From a virus, in the IMG/VR virus record IMGVR_UViG_3300037258_000352, positions 1 to 64,000 of that record: 64,000 nucleotides of DNA. One strand, given 5' to 3'. Position numbers and translations under genes: made by a program. The notes under the pieces were generated by a model. That model saw nothing but the letters and a program-made list of their open reading frames with translations, made no database searches and had not been told where the DNA came from. Within the stretch, counting starts at the first letter, position 1; each line of letters opens with the position of its first letter. Positions 55,691-64,000 of the stretch are shown here, piece by piece.

Positions 55691-55914
55691 TGGCCGTCCC
55701 TCCCGATTGGACCTGCCTGCTCTCCGCGTTGAAACTCATCAGCCGGGGTGGCTACAACGACATCTCCCCGTTCCATTGCGAGACCGACGTGTTGACGGTC
55801 ATGGCCGACCCCGAGATGTTCACCAGCACCGAGCTAGATCAGCTCGCCGAGTGGGGTTTCGATGCCGGGCCGGATGCTGGCACGTTCACCTCTCGCCGTT
55901 TCGGGAGCGCGTGA
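55690..55914 (+). CDS. Hypothetical protein
   Basis: Coupled; PFHCE.D.L...L.EWGF...F.S.RFGSA. Confidence 0.7.
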   Translation: MAVPPDWTCLLSALKLISRGGYNDISPFHCETDVLTVMADPEMFTSTELDQLAEWGFDAGPDAGTFTSRRFGSA

Positions 55915-56261
55915 TGAGCCGGTTCGATTACAACGTCGCCCGGACCCTACGGATCGCGGACACCCCATTCGGCGGGCTGGTCATGGCCGCGATCCTCAAG
56001 TCCGACCCGCACAACCGGGCGCTGCTCCGCGCGGTGTTCCCCGACGTGTGGGACGAGCTCAACGCCCGGGAGAACGCTCCCGGTGGGCACCTGGACAGTG
56101 ATGACGTCCCGGTCCGGTTGGTCGTGACCGAGGTGGGTCCGGGCGAACCCCTGTTGCGGCCGGTGTGCCCGCGCTGCGAGCGACCGTGGACCGAGCCAGC
56201 GTGTGGGGTCATCCACCAGATCATCGGCGCGGACGGGCGCCTCCACATCTACCCGCTATGA
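55914..56261 (+). CDS. Hypothetical protein
   Basis: Coupled ORF. Confidence 0.7.
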   Translation: MSRFDYNVARTLRIADTPFGGLVMAAILKSDPHNRALLRAVFPDVWDELNARENAPGGHLDSDDVPVRLVVTEVGPGEPLLRPVCPRCERPWTEPACGVIHQIIGADGRLHIYPL

Positions 56262-56554
56262 CGACGCCTTCCGGGCCGTGAAGGGTCGTCGGCTCAACGT
56301 TCATCACACGTTCGTCCTCGTCGGAGGAGAGAGGTGGTACGCCGTGATCGACGGTGAGATCGTCAGTGTCCGGCCGGTGGAGCTCGCGGAGTCCCGGGGT
56401 ACCGGTACGTGTGTGCATTGCCAGGGGGAGTGCCGGTCCTATTGCAAGTCGTGTCGTAAGCCGGTGTGCTCGGGTGACTTCGACGTTCACCGGGGGGATC
56501 ACGACCCGGAGGACCGGACCGCGACGTGGACCCGAACCGCCTCCCTAGCCAACA

Positions 56555-56583
56555 TTGACGGTATGTAGGTTGAAGTGTAGCCT
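56555..56583 (+). promoter_or_regulatory. Sigma-A-type promoter
   Basis: TTGACG-N17-TAGCCT. Confidence 0.75.
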
Positions 56584-56631
56584 TGAGGGAGTCGGTGCGG
56601 ACCGGCAGACACGGAGGGACCAAAGATCACG

Positions 56632-56772
56632 ATGGACAGGAAAGAGATCAGCCGGGCGCTGGCCAAGGCGATCGCCTACAAGAACTGCGGCAAAGAAGAC
56701 GAAGCCCGAGAGTGGGCCCGGAAGCTGATCGAACTCCTAGAGCTCGCTGAAATCCTGACCAAGGAAAGCTGA
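56632..56772 (+). CDS. 46-aa helical protein
   Basis: Follows promoter and GACACGGAGG; MDRKEISRALAKAIAYKNCGK... Confidence 0.7.
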   Translation: MDRKEISRALAKAIAYKNCGKEDEAREWARKLIELLELAEILTKES

Positions 56773-56813
56773 GCGCGGGTCTGACGGGGACCTGGGACAC
56801 GGAGGACACGATC

Positions 56814-57356
56814 ATGTTCCGCACCAAGAAAAGCATGCAGCAGGAGTGGGACGCATGCATCATCAGCTACGGTCGTGAATGCAACGACCAGCTCAACACT
56901 GCGCGGAGAATCGCGCGCTGGTCAGCGCGGATCCCTTGGTGGGAACTGCGGCTCCCCCTGAACCGGTGGGAGACCACCTGCCGAGCAGCAGCTGCTGACG
57001 CCACCGTTGAAGCTGACCGAATGGTCCTCGACCCAGACAACCCCCGCAACGGCGGTGACGGTGGCGATGAGTGGAAACCCGGCCCTGGGTTCTGGGAGGT
57101 GTTCACCGTTCGGGAGGTCGCGTCGACGCTGCTGTGGCTCGCGTACTCCCTGCTCGTCGGGATCGCTGTCATGGCCGGGGTCCTGATCCTCATCATCGGC
57201 CGCAACCGCGGGGTGTCCGACTCCCCCATGGACGTCCTCTACACGCTGGCCGCGATCGCGGCGGGGGTTTGGTCGGTGCTGGTGTTCCAGTGGGCCTGCC
57301 ACGCCCTTGCGGCCGGTGCTGGTCTCGCTCTGCGGTACGTGTGGGGTCCGCGATGA
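56814..57356 (+). CDS. Membrane protein
   Basis: GACACGGAGG upstream; two C-terminal TM. Confidence 0.7.
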   Translation: MFRTKKSMQQEWDACIISYGRECNDQLNTARRIARWSARIPWWELRLPLNRWETTCRAAAADATVEADRMVLDPDNPRNGGDGGDEWKPGPGFWEVFTVREVASTLLWLAYSLLVGIAVMAGVLILIIGRNRGVSDSPMDVLYTLAAIAAGVWSVLVFQWACHALAAGAGLALRYVWGPR

Positions 57357-57610
57357 AACCGACACCCGACGTTGAGATCACCGGGACCGCGACCCGGATG
57401 AACGTCGAACCCGACCCGGTGACCGGGGGGATCGTCCTGGTCACCTACGCGGAAATGGACGACGGTCGAGTCGGTCGGGTGTGGCTGAGGATCCCCGCGG
57501 ACGCGCTCGCCTACTTCACGGACCGGCTCCCGCCGGCCCCGTCGGACCCGACGGTCGACCCGCCCTCGCCGGCCCACTGCACGGGCCGGCGTGTTGTTGG
57601 GCGGTGGTGA
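57353..57610 (+). CDS. Hypothetical protein
   Basis: Coupled ORF. Confidence 0.6.
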   Translation: MKPTPDVEITGTATRMNVEPDPVTGGIVLVTYAEMDDGRVGRVWLRIPADALAYFTDRLPPAPSDPTVDPPSPAHCTGRRVVGRW

Positions 57611-57614
57611 CCAG

Positions 57615-57800
57615 GTGAGCGACCTCCGTCGGTTCCATCTGGACCCGGGCCGCATGCCGATCTGGCTGATGCTGGCTATCGTCGCGCTGTTCACGGTGGC
57701 TTCCGCGTTCCCGGCCATCGACACCGAGTGCGCATTAGTGGCCCTCGGGCTCACGGTGGGGACGTTCACCGTCCGGGTCATCATCAGGAGACCCCGGTGA
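57615..57800 (+). CDS. Small membrane protein
   Basis: Two TM. Confidence 0.55.
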   Translation: MSDLRRFHLDPGRMPIWLMLAIVALFTVASAFPAIDTECALVALGLTVGTFTVRVIIRRPR

Positions 57801-57964
57801 AAACGTGGCCGTGGCCAGTGTGGGTCGTCGTGCTGGTCGCGGGCCTGATCCTGACTGGGGTCGTGTTCCCCTATATCGGGGACTCGGTCACCGCCCGCGC
57901 TGCCGCGTTCCTCGGTGGGGTCTTCATCGGGTGGTCGGCGAACATCGCTGCGCGGAGGTTCTAA
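57797..57964 (+). CDS. Small membrane protein
   Basis: Two TM; coupled. Confidence 0.6.
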   Translation: MKTWPWPVWVVVLVAGLILTGVVFPYIGDSVTARAAAFLGGVFIGWSANIAARRF

Positions 57965-58743
57965 TGGCTCGCCGTCGCCGGTTCCGGTGCGGGACGGTGT
58001 ACTGCCTGCGGGTGATGCGCCGGTCCCGCTGGACTGGGCGACTGCGGTTGTCCCGTGGGTACATCGGTCAAACCAGGTACCGGGACTACCGCAAGAGAGT
58101 AGATCAACATCTTTACGGGGCTTGGTTCAATAATGAGTGGACCCCCCCGAAGTACTGGGCCCATGAGGTCGTTGACTACTACCCCCTGTGGCAGTCCGAC
58201 CGGTGGTGCGACTGGGGCCTCGACACCCGGGAGTTCCTGTGCATCCGGGTGTTGTTCCCACTGCACAACATCATTTGGAATCTTGGCAACCCGCGGCGGA
58301 TCATCCCCCCACCCATCGACCAGCGGTTGTACCCCACCCCGGATCAGATCACTGCCGTAGAGCGGTACCCCGGGAAACCTCGCCGCCCCGTGATCCCCGC
58401 ATGGCCCGCTGACATGCAACACGCATCCCGGGTCGCTGACCACTATCAGGCACCCACCACCCCGCGGGTGTTCAGTGGGTCGTTCCTGGTCAAGTGGGTT
58501 GTGTTGGCTGCGGTCCTGCTGATGTTCATCCCTGGATTGCCCGGGTGGGATGTGACCGCGGGGACCGTGGGGTGGGTAGCCAACGGAGTGGGGTGGGGTG
58601 TCACCCACGGGCGGGAGCTGGGTGGGTTACTGGCCCTCGGTGTGGTGGCGTGGCTGCTGTCCCGTCACCAACTCCGCCGGCGGGGGACCACCCGCACACG
58701 GACTCGGCGCCCGGCGCGTCGTCGTAAGACACCACTGTTCTGA
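57964..58743 (+). CDS. GIY-YIG-like domain protein with C-terminal TM helices
   Basis: GTVY...GYIGQTR...R..QH...E...I....P..N. Confidence 0.65.
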   Translation: MARRRRFRCGTVYCLRVMRRSRWTGRLRLSRGYIGQTRYRDYRKRVDQHLYGAWFNNEWTPPKYWAHEVVDYYPLWQSDRWCDWGLDTREFLCIRVLFPLHNIIWNLGNPRRIIPPPIDQRLYPTPDQITAVERYPGKPRRPVIPAWPADMQHASRVADHYQAPTTPRVFSGSFLVKWVVLAAVLLMFIPGLPGWDVTAGTVGWVANGVGWGVTHGRELGGLLALGVVAWLLSRHQLRRRGTTRTRTRRPARRRKTPLF

Positions 58744-58984
58744 TCACAGAGAAAAGGGAGGACACGTCATGGTTTGGCCGCTGACCCCATGGGGTGCAGG
58801 ACGATCACCGGACCGCCCTGCAGAGCCCACGCTCACCGAGTACGACGCCGCAAAGAACTCACCAGGAGTCACCTACGGTCGGGTTCGGGGCAACATTTTC
58901 ACCGGGTACTGGTTGGAGCCGTCCGGACCGACCGGCGATTGAAATCGCCAGCAAGCAGCGACTGATTCAGACACGGAGGAAGAG

Positions 58985-59152
58985 ATGACACCGCTCGTAG
59001 TTCCCCCCGAAACCTGGGTGCGTATCCCCGGGTCCAACTTCGAGGTGTGGCACCGGCAGTACCGGAACGTGGTCATCACCGACCACTACAAAGGAGCCCA
59101 CGGTCTCGGTCTTCGGATCGTTCCCACGACAGGAGAACCAACCGATGCCTAG
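58985..59152 (+). CDS. Small hypothetical protein
   Basis: GACACGGAGG upstream. Confidence 0.6.
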   Translation: MTPLVVPPETWVRIPGSNFEVWHRQYRNVVITDHYKGAHGLGLRIVPTTGEPTDA

Positions 59153-59393
59153 GAACCCGAGCCCTGACGAGGTCCACAACCAAATCCAGGAACTGGAAGG
59201 CCGGACGATGGAAGACCTCCGGGACAACTGGACACTGCAACCCGTCAACGACGAGGACTGACCCGATGCCGGGCGGGAGAAGCGACGATGACGTCCACCC
59301 CGAACGGGAAGAAGGCAACGGGAAAACCGACAGAGGACCCGACCCCGACACCCAGGACGACCGGAAAACCAGCGACAACGGGAAAGGGAAGTG

Positions 59394-60479
59394 ATGAGCC
59401 GTAGACGGCATTTCGTGGGGACGGTCCCCTGCCCCCACCCGGAGGAAGGCCTACAAACCGTCCTGCGGGGCTCCGACGACATCACCAGCATGAGCGACAC
59501 CGAAAGCACCGACGGGCGCGCCGACTGGATCATCCCGATCCTCCAAGCCCGTACCCAACACGCCAACATCGTCGCGCTTAAGGGCCTGCACTACTACGAC
59601 CGGGACACGTTCCACCTGTGGAACACGTGCGTGTGTATGCGCCGGCCGCGGCGGGACCTCACCTACTCGGCTATGGCGCTGCCGTACGCGCGGCACGCTG
59701 AGGCGTGGTTCCCCACCTTCGAGCGGGTCACCGCCGCCCTCGGGCTCGGTGACGTCCTCTATCAGGTCGACGTCGCCGCACCGTTCACGATGGCCGCGTT
59801 CACGTGGGGTCCCGGGGTGTTCGCGCATTACGACGACGAGGTCGCCGCCGCGGTCAAACAGATCGAGCAGGTCCTCCGGATCACCGGTGGGCGGGTCGTG
59901 TTCCAAATCAGCGCGCCCGTCGAAACGGTCCTGACCGCGTGGGCCCCGACAGCGGTCCGGGAAATGCAAGCCGAGGTGATGGCCGACCGGATCGTGGGTC
60001 TCGCTGCCGCGTCCCCGGCGGGGACCGAGTTCATCGTCCACGAGTGCGTGGGCCGACCGAGGGGGAAACCGGTGACAGTGTTGAAGGACCTCGGTCCGGT
60101 CGCGGACCTCACCTCGGCGATCGTCCGTCGGTGGCCAGCGGGGCGGGTCCTCAACGCGATCCACCTACCCATCGGGGACGTCACCCACCCAGCGCCGCTG
60201 GACCCGAACTATTACGCCCCGCTGCGGTGGCGGAACGTCCCCGCCCGGGTGGCTCTGATCGCGGGTCTAGCGAACCTCCACGTGCAGGACTCCCAGCAGC
60301 GCAGCGCGTTGCGGATCGCGGAGCTCGCCGCCGGCCGCGAGTTGGGGGTGTCCACCCCGTGCGGGTTGGGTGGTGATGAGGACCTGCTGGCCTCGATGAT
60401 CCGCCGGACCCGGGACCTCGCCGTGATGCCGACCACGGTCGGGTCGTGGGACACGCTGATCGGTGACCGTGATGAGTGA
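59394..60479 (+). CDS. MetE/UROD-superfamily TIM-barrel protein
   Basis: HFVGTVP N-terminus, VHEC and TPCGLG candidate Zn ligands. Confidence 0.65.
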   Translation: MSRRRHFVGTVPCPHPEEGLQTVLRGSDDITSMSDTESTDGRADWIIPILQARTQHANIVALKGLHYYDRDTFHLWNTCVCMRRPRRDLTYSAMALPYARHAEAWFPTFERVTAALGLGDVLYQVDVAAPFTMAAFTWGPGVFAHYDDEVAAAVKQIEQVLRITGGRVVFQISAPVETVLTAWAPTAVREMQAEVMADRIVGLAAASPAGTEFIVHECVGRPRGKPVTVLKDLGPVADLTSAIVRRWPAGRVLNAIHLPIGDVTHPAPLDPNYYAPLRWRNVPARVALIAGLANLHVQDSQQRSALRIAELAAGRELGVSTPCGLGGDEDLLASMIRRTRDLAVMPTTVGSWDTLIGDRDE

Positions 60480-61260
60480 CCGCGCGCTGCTGCACATCGT
60501 CCACATGGACGACTCCTTTACCGAAGTCGAGGTGGGCGTCGAGGGTGCGCAGCACTGGTTACACACCCCGATGGGTCTGGTCATCGACGCCGGTGACGAC
60601 ACGGGCATGTGGACCCGGTGGCCGTTCGCGACGGTCAAGAGCTACACCGTGACCCCCATCGATGGCACCAACGACGTCGCCGCCCTGGACCCGGGCACCA
60701 CCACAGCCGGGTCTGACGCCGGCGTCATAGACCCGGACGACGTGACCGAGCCCGGGACCCGATGGTCGACGCTGTGCGTCCGAGACGGCCGGCAGGACGG
60801 GGCAGTGACCGTCGGGGACTCCCGGCTCCCCGCCGCGGTGGTCCTCGACTCAATCCGGGTCCGTGGCGTAGCAGAAGCCGCGCGGATGTGGCCGGCGCTG
60901 ACTGACGACGACCTCAGGGTGTTGACGACTCTGGTGGTGGACCTCGACATGCGGGCCGCCACCACCGAACGGCCCGGGCCGTCGACGGTGACCAACCCGC
61001 ACCGGGTCCAGCTGTGCTGGGTCGACGACCAGAACCACGGGCGGGTCAGTGTGTTCCCGAACCGGGCCCCGGTCCACTCGATGGTCGCCCGGGTCCTGGC
61101 CGGGGAGGACCTCGGGGCCGTCGCCCGGGACTACGACATCCCCCGCCACGAGCTGGCGGTCGTGGTCCGGCTCGCGGAGGAACTGATCACCAACGTCGAC
61201 GGACCCGAGCACCTCGGGGCACCCGACCGGGCCACCTACGAGCAGCAGGGAGGGTTCTGA
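60472..61260 (+). CDS. DUF433-like tandem domain protein
   Basis: G...V..SRLP...V...WP.LT and AGEDL..VARDY. Confidence 0.6.
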   Translation: MSDRALLHIVHMDDSFTEVEVGVEGAQHWLHTPMGLVIDAGDDTGMWTRWPFATVKSYTVTPIDGTNDVAALDPGTTTAGSDAGVIDPDDVTEPGTRWSTLCVRDGRQDGAVTVGDSRLPAAVVLDSIRVRGVAEAARMWPALTDDDLRVLTTLVVDLDMRAATTERPGPSTVTNPHRVQLCWVDDQNHGRVSVFPNRAPVHSMVARVLAGEDLGAVARDYDIPRHELAVVVRLAEELITNVDGPEHLGAPDRATYEQQGGF

Positions 61261-61868
61261 TGTCCCGGGGCGCCCGGTGGGTCACCGCGGTCCTCGTCGC
61301 GGCTGGTGTCGCTGTGGCGGGGTGTCAGAGCACCACCGCGACCCGGTCCCCGATCGTGATCTCGGCGGTGGACCCGGGGACGGTCGCGCCACCGTATGAC
61401 CGGGACAAGGATTTCGGTCGGGGGTGGGCCACCGTCCACGGGCACTGCGACACCCGCGAAGCCGTCCTCGAGCGTGACGCTGCGCTCAACGCGGTCGACA
61501 CCGACGGTGACGGCTGCAAAGACGACGGCCCGATCGTCGATTTGTACACCGGGAACACGATCCTGCCGGCGCAGGCGCAGATCGACCACGTGTACTCCCT
61601 GCGGCAGGCGTGGGTGGGGGGTGCGTGGAAGTGGAGCGCGGTGCAGCGCCGGATATTCGCGTTGGACATGGGGAACCTGCGGGCGGTGACCAGCGCGGTG
61701 AACGACCGCAAGGGGGACCTCGGACCAAGCCAGTGGCGCCCGCCGGCGCGGTCCGGGTGGTGCGGTTACCAGATGATTTTCAGGGCGACAGCGGTCCGGT
61801 GGAACCTGCCGATCACCCCCGCCGACGACACCGCTCTGCGGGACATGGCCGGGACCTGCCCCAAATAG
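61260..61868 (+). CDS. Secreted lipoprotein HNH nuclease (DUF1524-type)
   Basis: Lipobox VAGC; YDR..FG..W, CDTRE.VL.RD, IDHVY.L..AW..GA, NL.AV....N..KGD. Confidence 0.85.
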   Translation: MSRGARWVTAVLVAAGVAVAGCQSTTATRSPIVISAVDPGTVAPPYDRDKDFGRGWATVHGHCDTREAVLERDAALNAVDTDGDGCKDDGPIVDLYTGNTILPAQAQIDHVYSLRQAWVGGAWKWSAVQRRIFALDMGNLRAVTSAVNDRKGDLGPSQWRPPARSGWCGYQMIFRATAVRWNLPITPADDTALRDMAGTCPK

Positions 61869-61956
61869 CAACCGGCCCCGGCAGGTGATCTGGGGGGCCT
61901 GCCAGGGCCGGTGGGGGTGGGACGGAGGATCCCTTGGGGCCCTCAGATTACCTCAT

Positions 61957-62274
61957 TCAGCGGCGGTGGCCACGGTCGTCGCCGCCACGATCATTCCAAT
62001 GGCCGCGACCGTCGTTCTGCCAGTGATCCCACGACCCGTGGCCGTAGCGGTCACCGTGCCAGTACCAGCGGGTGTTCTGGTAGCAGGCCTGGTTCCACCG
62101 GTTACGCCAGTCATCACAATCGACCCACCAGTACGGCTGAGCGACGGACACAGCGGGGGCAGACGACGCGGCGGGGGTCACAGTGGCAGCGGACGCGCTA
62201 CCGGCACCGAGTACAGCGGTCGCGGCTCCAGCAACGAGCAGAGCGATGGTCCCACGTGTGGCATGTCCAACCAT
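61957..62274 (-). CDS. Small secreted Trp/His/Asp-rich protein
   Basis: Signal peptide ending ASA; RBS AAGGGAG. Confidence 0.65.
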   Translation of the reverse strand: MVGHATRGTIALLVAGAATAVLGAGSASAATVTPAASSAPAVSVAQPYWWVDCDDWRNRWNQACYQNTRWYWHGDRYGHGSWDHWQNDGRGHWNDRGGDDRGHRR

Positions 62275-62396
62275 TCGGGATCTCCCTTGCATCGAATCGG
62301 GTAGTACCCCATTGAGGACGCTGGGTGTCGTGTAGTCGTTGCCCGACTGGGCGGTAATCTAGACTGAGGGTGTAGCCGGTGGGGTGATGTACGTCG

Positions 62397-62690
62397 TTAG
62401 ACGTAGTTACCGTCGCCCGGGTCGATTTCTAGTTGCTCAGGTGGGATGTCTTCCCAGCCGGCGCTGTCTGCTGCGATCGCGCGGCAGTCCACGCACAGCA
62501 GGTGCGGTTCCCCCATGTACGCCGCCGGCATGACAGCGACCCCACCGCATTCCTCGACCTTCGGCACCGCACCCGTTACGAGGGAATGCGCGGTGTAAGC
62601 CCACCGCTGCCGGCAGACCCCGTCTCCACCGGTGACCCACCCGTTGATCGGATCAACCACGGGGGGTTCATCACTGGTCATCGCGCTCAT
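62397..62690 (-). CDS. Hypothetical protein
   Basis: GGAGGT RBS; Cys motifs. Confidence 0.65.
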   Translation of the reverse strand: MSAMTSDEPPVVDPINGWVTGGDGVCRQRWAYTAHSLVTGAVPKVEECGGVAVMPAAYMGEPHLLCVDCRAIAADSAGWEDIPPEQLEIDPGDGNYV

Positions 62691-62714
62691 GCACCTCCAA
62701 CACCGCCGACCGGT

Positions 62715-63323
62715 CTAGTACGTCGATCGCACTTCTAGGTAGAGGGCTGACGGTGCAGGTGGAGGGTCGATGCGGCACGACTTACTCATATGGCGGGAAT
62801 CGTCGTCAGCGACCAGCCGCAACCCAGGAAGGTCCCGGCGCGGACCACGGGCGAGGGCATCGCAGCACGCTTTAAGTAAGGGCCACCGGTTGTCTTCGTC
62901 CGCTCCCCGATTGTGGCCCGGTGCCCACACGAGGACGACGTCCATATGCCGGCAGGGCTGTAAACCAGATCTGGTGGCGACGACCGTGACGGCGTCGATG
63001 ACTTCTTTCACTGCATGATGACGCTTCGTCCAGTGCGCCCGGGAGTTCGCTTGCAGCGGGTCCCAGATGGGTCGGTGGGTGACCACCTTGCGTGTTTTCT
63101 GGTTGATCTTCGGCCAGCCACCCCGACCTGTTTTGACCTCGAAAGCGGTATCCCACCTCGGTAGCGGGAGGATCACCCACCCGTCTGGCGGAGGATCATC
63201 GAGGACAATGAGGTCCGCGATTGGTCCTCGGGTAGCCCGGTCCACGGGAAGTTCGAGCCCGTCGAGGGGGATCTGCCCGAAGTTATGACGGACGGTCACT
63301 GTGGATCCCCCGGCATCCGCCAC
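62715..63323 (-). CDS. RusA-like Holliday junction resolvase
   Basis: DEDN...KACCDAL...ADDD. Confidence 0.7.
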   Translation of the reverse strand: MADAGGSTVTVRHNFGQIPLDGLELPVDRATRGPIADLIVLDDPPPDGWVILPLPRWDTAFEVKTGRGGWPKINQKTRKVVTHRPIWDPLQANSRAHWTKRHHAVKEVIDAVTVVATRSGLQPCRHMDVVLVWAPGHNRGADEDNRWPLLKACCDALARGPRRDLPGLRLVADDDSRHMSKSCRIDPPPAPSALYLEVRSTY

Positions 63324-63523
63324 TGCCCGTCCGCGGTGAGCGCGTCCTCAACCCCACCCGCTGCTGCTGTGTACCCCCCGGAGCGGGTGAAGTGGTCACC
63401 CCTGGCGCGTTGCCGCCACTCCGCGACCAGGACCCGCAGTTGCCCTCTCAGAGCGCCGTGGCGCAACGCGGCCTGTCGGGAGTACTCCGCGCACGCGCAC
63501 CGGCACGACCCGTGGTCATCCAT
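63296..63523 (-). CDS. Hypothetical protein
   Basis: Overlapping operon ORF. Confidence 0.55.
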   Translation of the reverse strand: MDDHGSCRCACAEYSRQAALRHGALRGQLRVLVAEWRQRARGDHFTRSGGYTAAAGGVEDALTADGQWRMPGDPQ

Positions 63524-63980
63524 GATCTGGTTCCGTCGGGCGGGCGCGGGTGTTCGCGGCGATGATGTGAGTCAGGAGCGTTTTCGTGTCCGTCGTTAGC
63601 GCGTCCTCAACGTCGCCGGCGGCCACGTCGTACGCCACCCCGACCGCGATGTTCCCGGTGGTGCCCCGCACGCGCAGAGTCCGTGCCAGGGCCCGCCACC
63701 CCACCGCCGCAGTGGTCAAGGTGTCCCGGAACGCGGCGTGAGCGAGCGCGATTTGGGAACACAGTTCCCCGTCGGGGTTGTCGACCGCGCGGGTCAGGTA
63801 CTCCGTATCAGTGGGCAAGTCGGGACCGTATTCGAGCCCGGACTCGACGTTGACCCACGTAGCACCTTCCCTCCTGACTAGGAGGTGACTGGTCAGGCCG
63901 TAGGGGATCACCGCGACCTCAGGGAAATTAACCACCGTTAACCACCCCTGACCTGGATGTTTGTGGGGTTCGCTGCCCAC
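63516..63980 (-). CDS. Hypothetical protein (start uncertain at window edge)
   Basis: Shares a W...A...Y..AAG.VEDALT helix with the adjacent gene. Confidence 0.55.
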   Translation of the reverse strand: MGSEPHKHPGQGWLTVVNFPEVAVIPYGLTSHLLVRREGATWVNVESGLEYGPDLPTDTEYLTRAVDNPDGELCSQIALAHAAFRDTLTTAAVGWRALARTLRVRGTTGNIAVGVAYDVAAGDVEDALTTDTKTLLTHIIAANTRARPTEPDHG

Positions 63981-64000
63981 CGCAGCAGCGCGCGGCCGGT

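Overview
High-GC, gene-dense window from a long-tailed (siphovirus-type) phage or prophage of a probably filamentous actinomycete (SsgA-like, WhiB1-like, XRE/DUF397 and TraB genes). All family assignments are by eye from motifs and synteny; no database search was run. About 1-35.8 kb is the rightward virion and lysis arm, with a head layout resembling cluster-B mycobacteriophages: repeat fibre protein, portal-MuF fusion, 2H-phosphoesterase/prohead-protease fusion, hexamer and pentamer capsid proteins, tail genes, tape measure, GH25 lysin, cysteine peptidase and holin. It is interrupted by HNH genes and small accessory genes. About 36-46 kb is a leftward accessory arm (CDF transporter, C5 methyltransferase, NUDIX, WhiB, NDT-like protein, many small genes). 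About 46-52.5 kb is an actinomycete plasmid/AICE-type transfer module (split TraB, clt-like repeats, TraA/Spd-like genes, XRE-DUF397). About 52.5-64 kb holds early/accessory genes. No terminase, integrase, replicase or sigma factor is visible in the window. Strongest candidates for novelty: (1) two aberrant tRNA-like RNAs between the protease and capsid genes, one circularly permuted (YrlA-like) and one with a 12-bp acceptor stem plus CCA; (2) a conjugation module inside a phage; (3) a window-wide regulon of 10 GTAAC-N17-CGAT promoters and 14 GACACGGAGG start-associated sites; (4) a nested out-of-frame gene in the methyltransferase; (5) hidden products in the lysis cassette.
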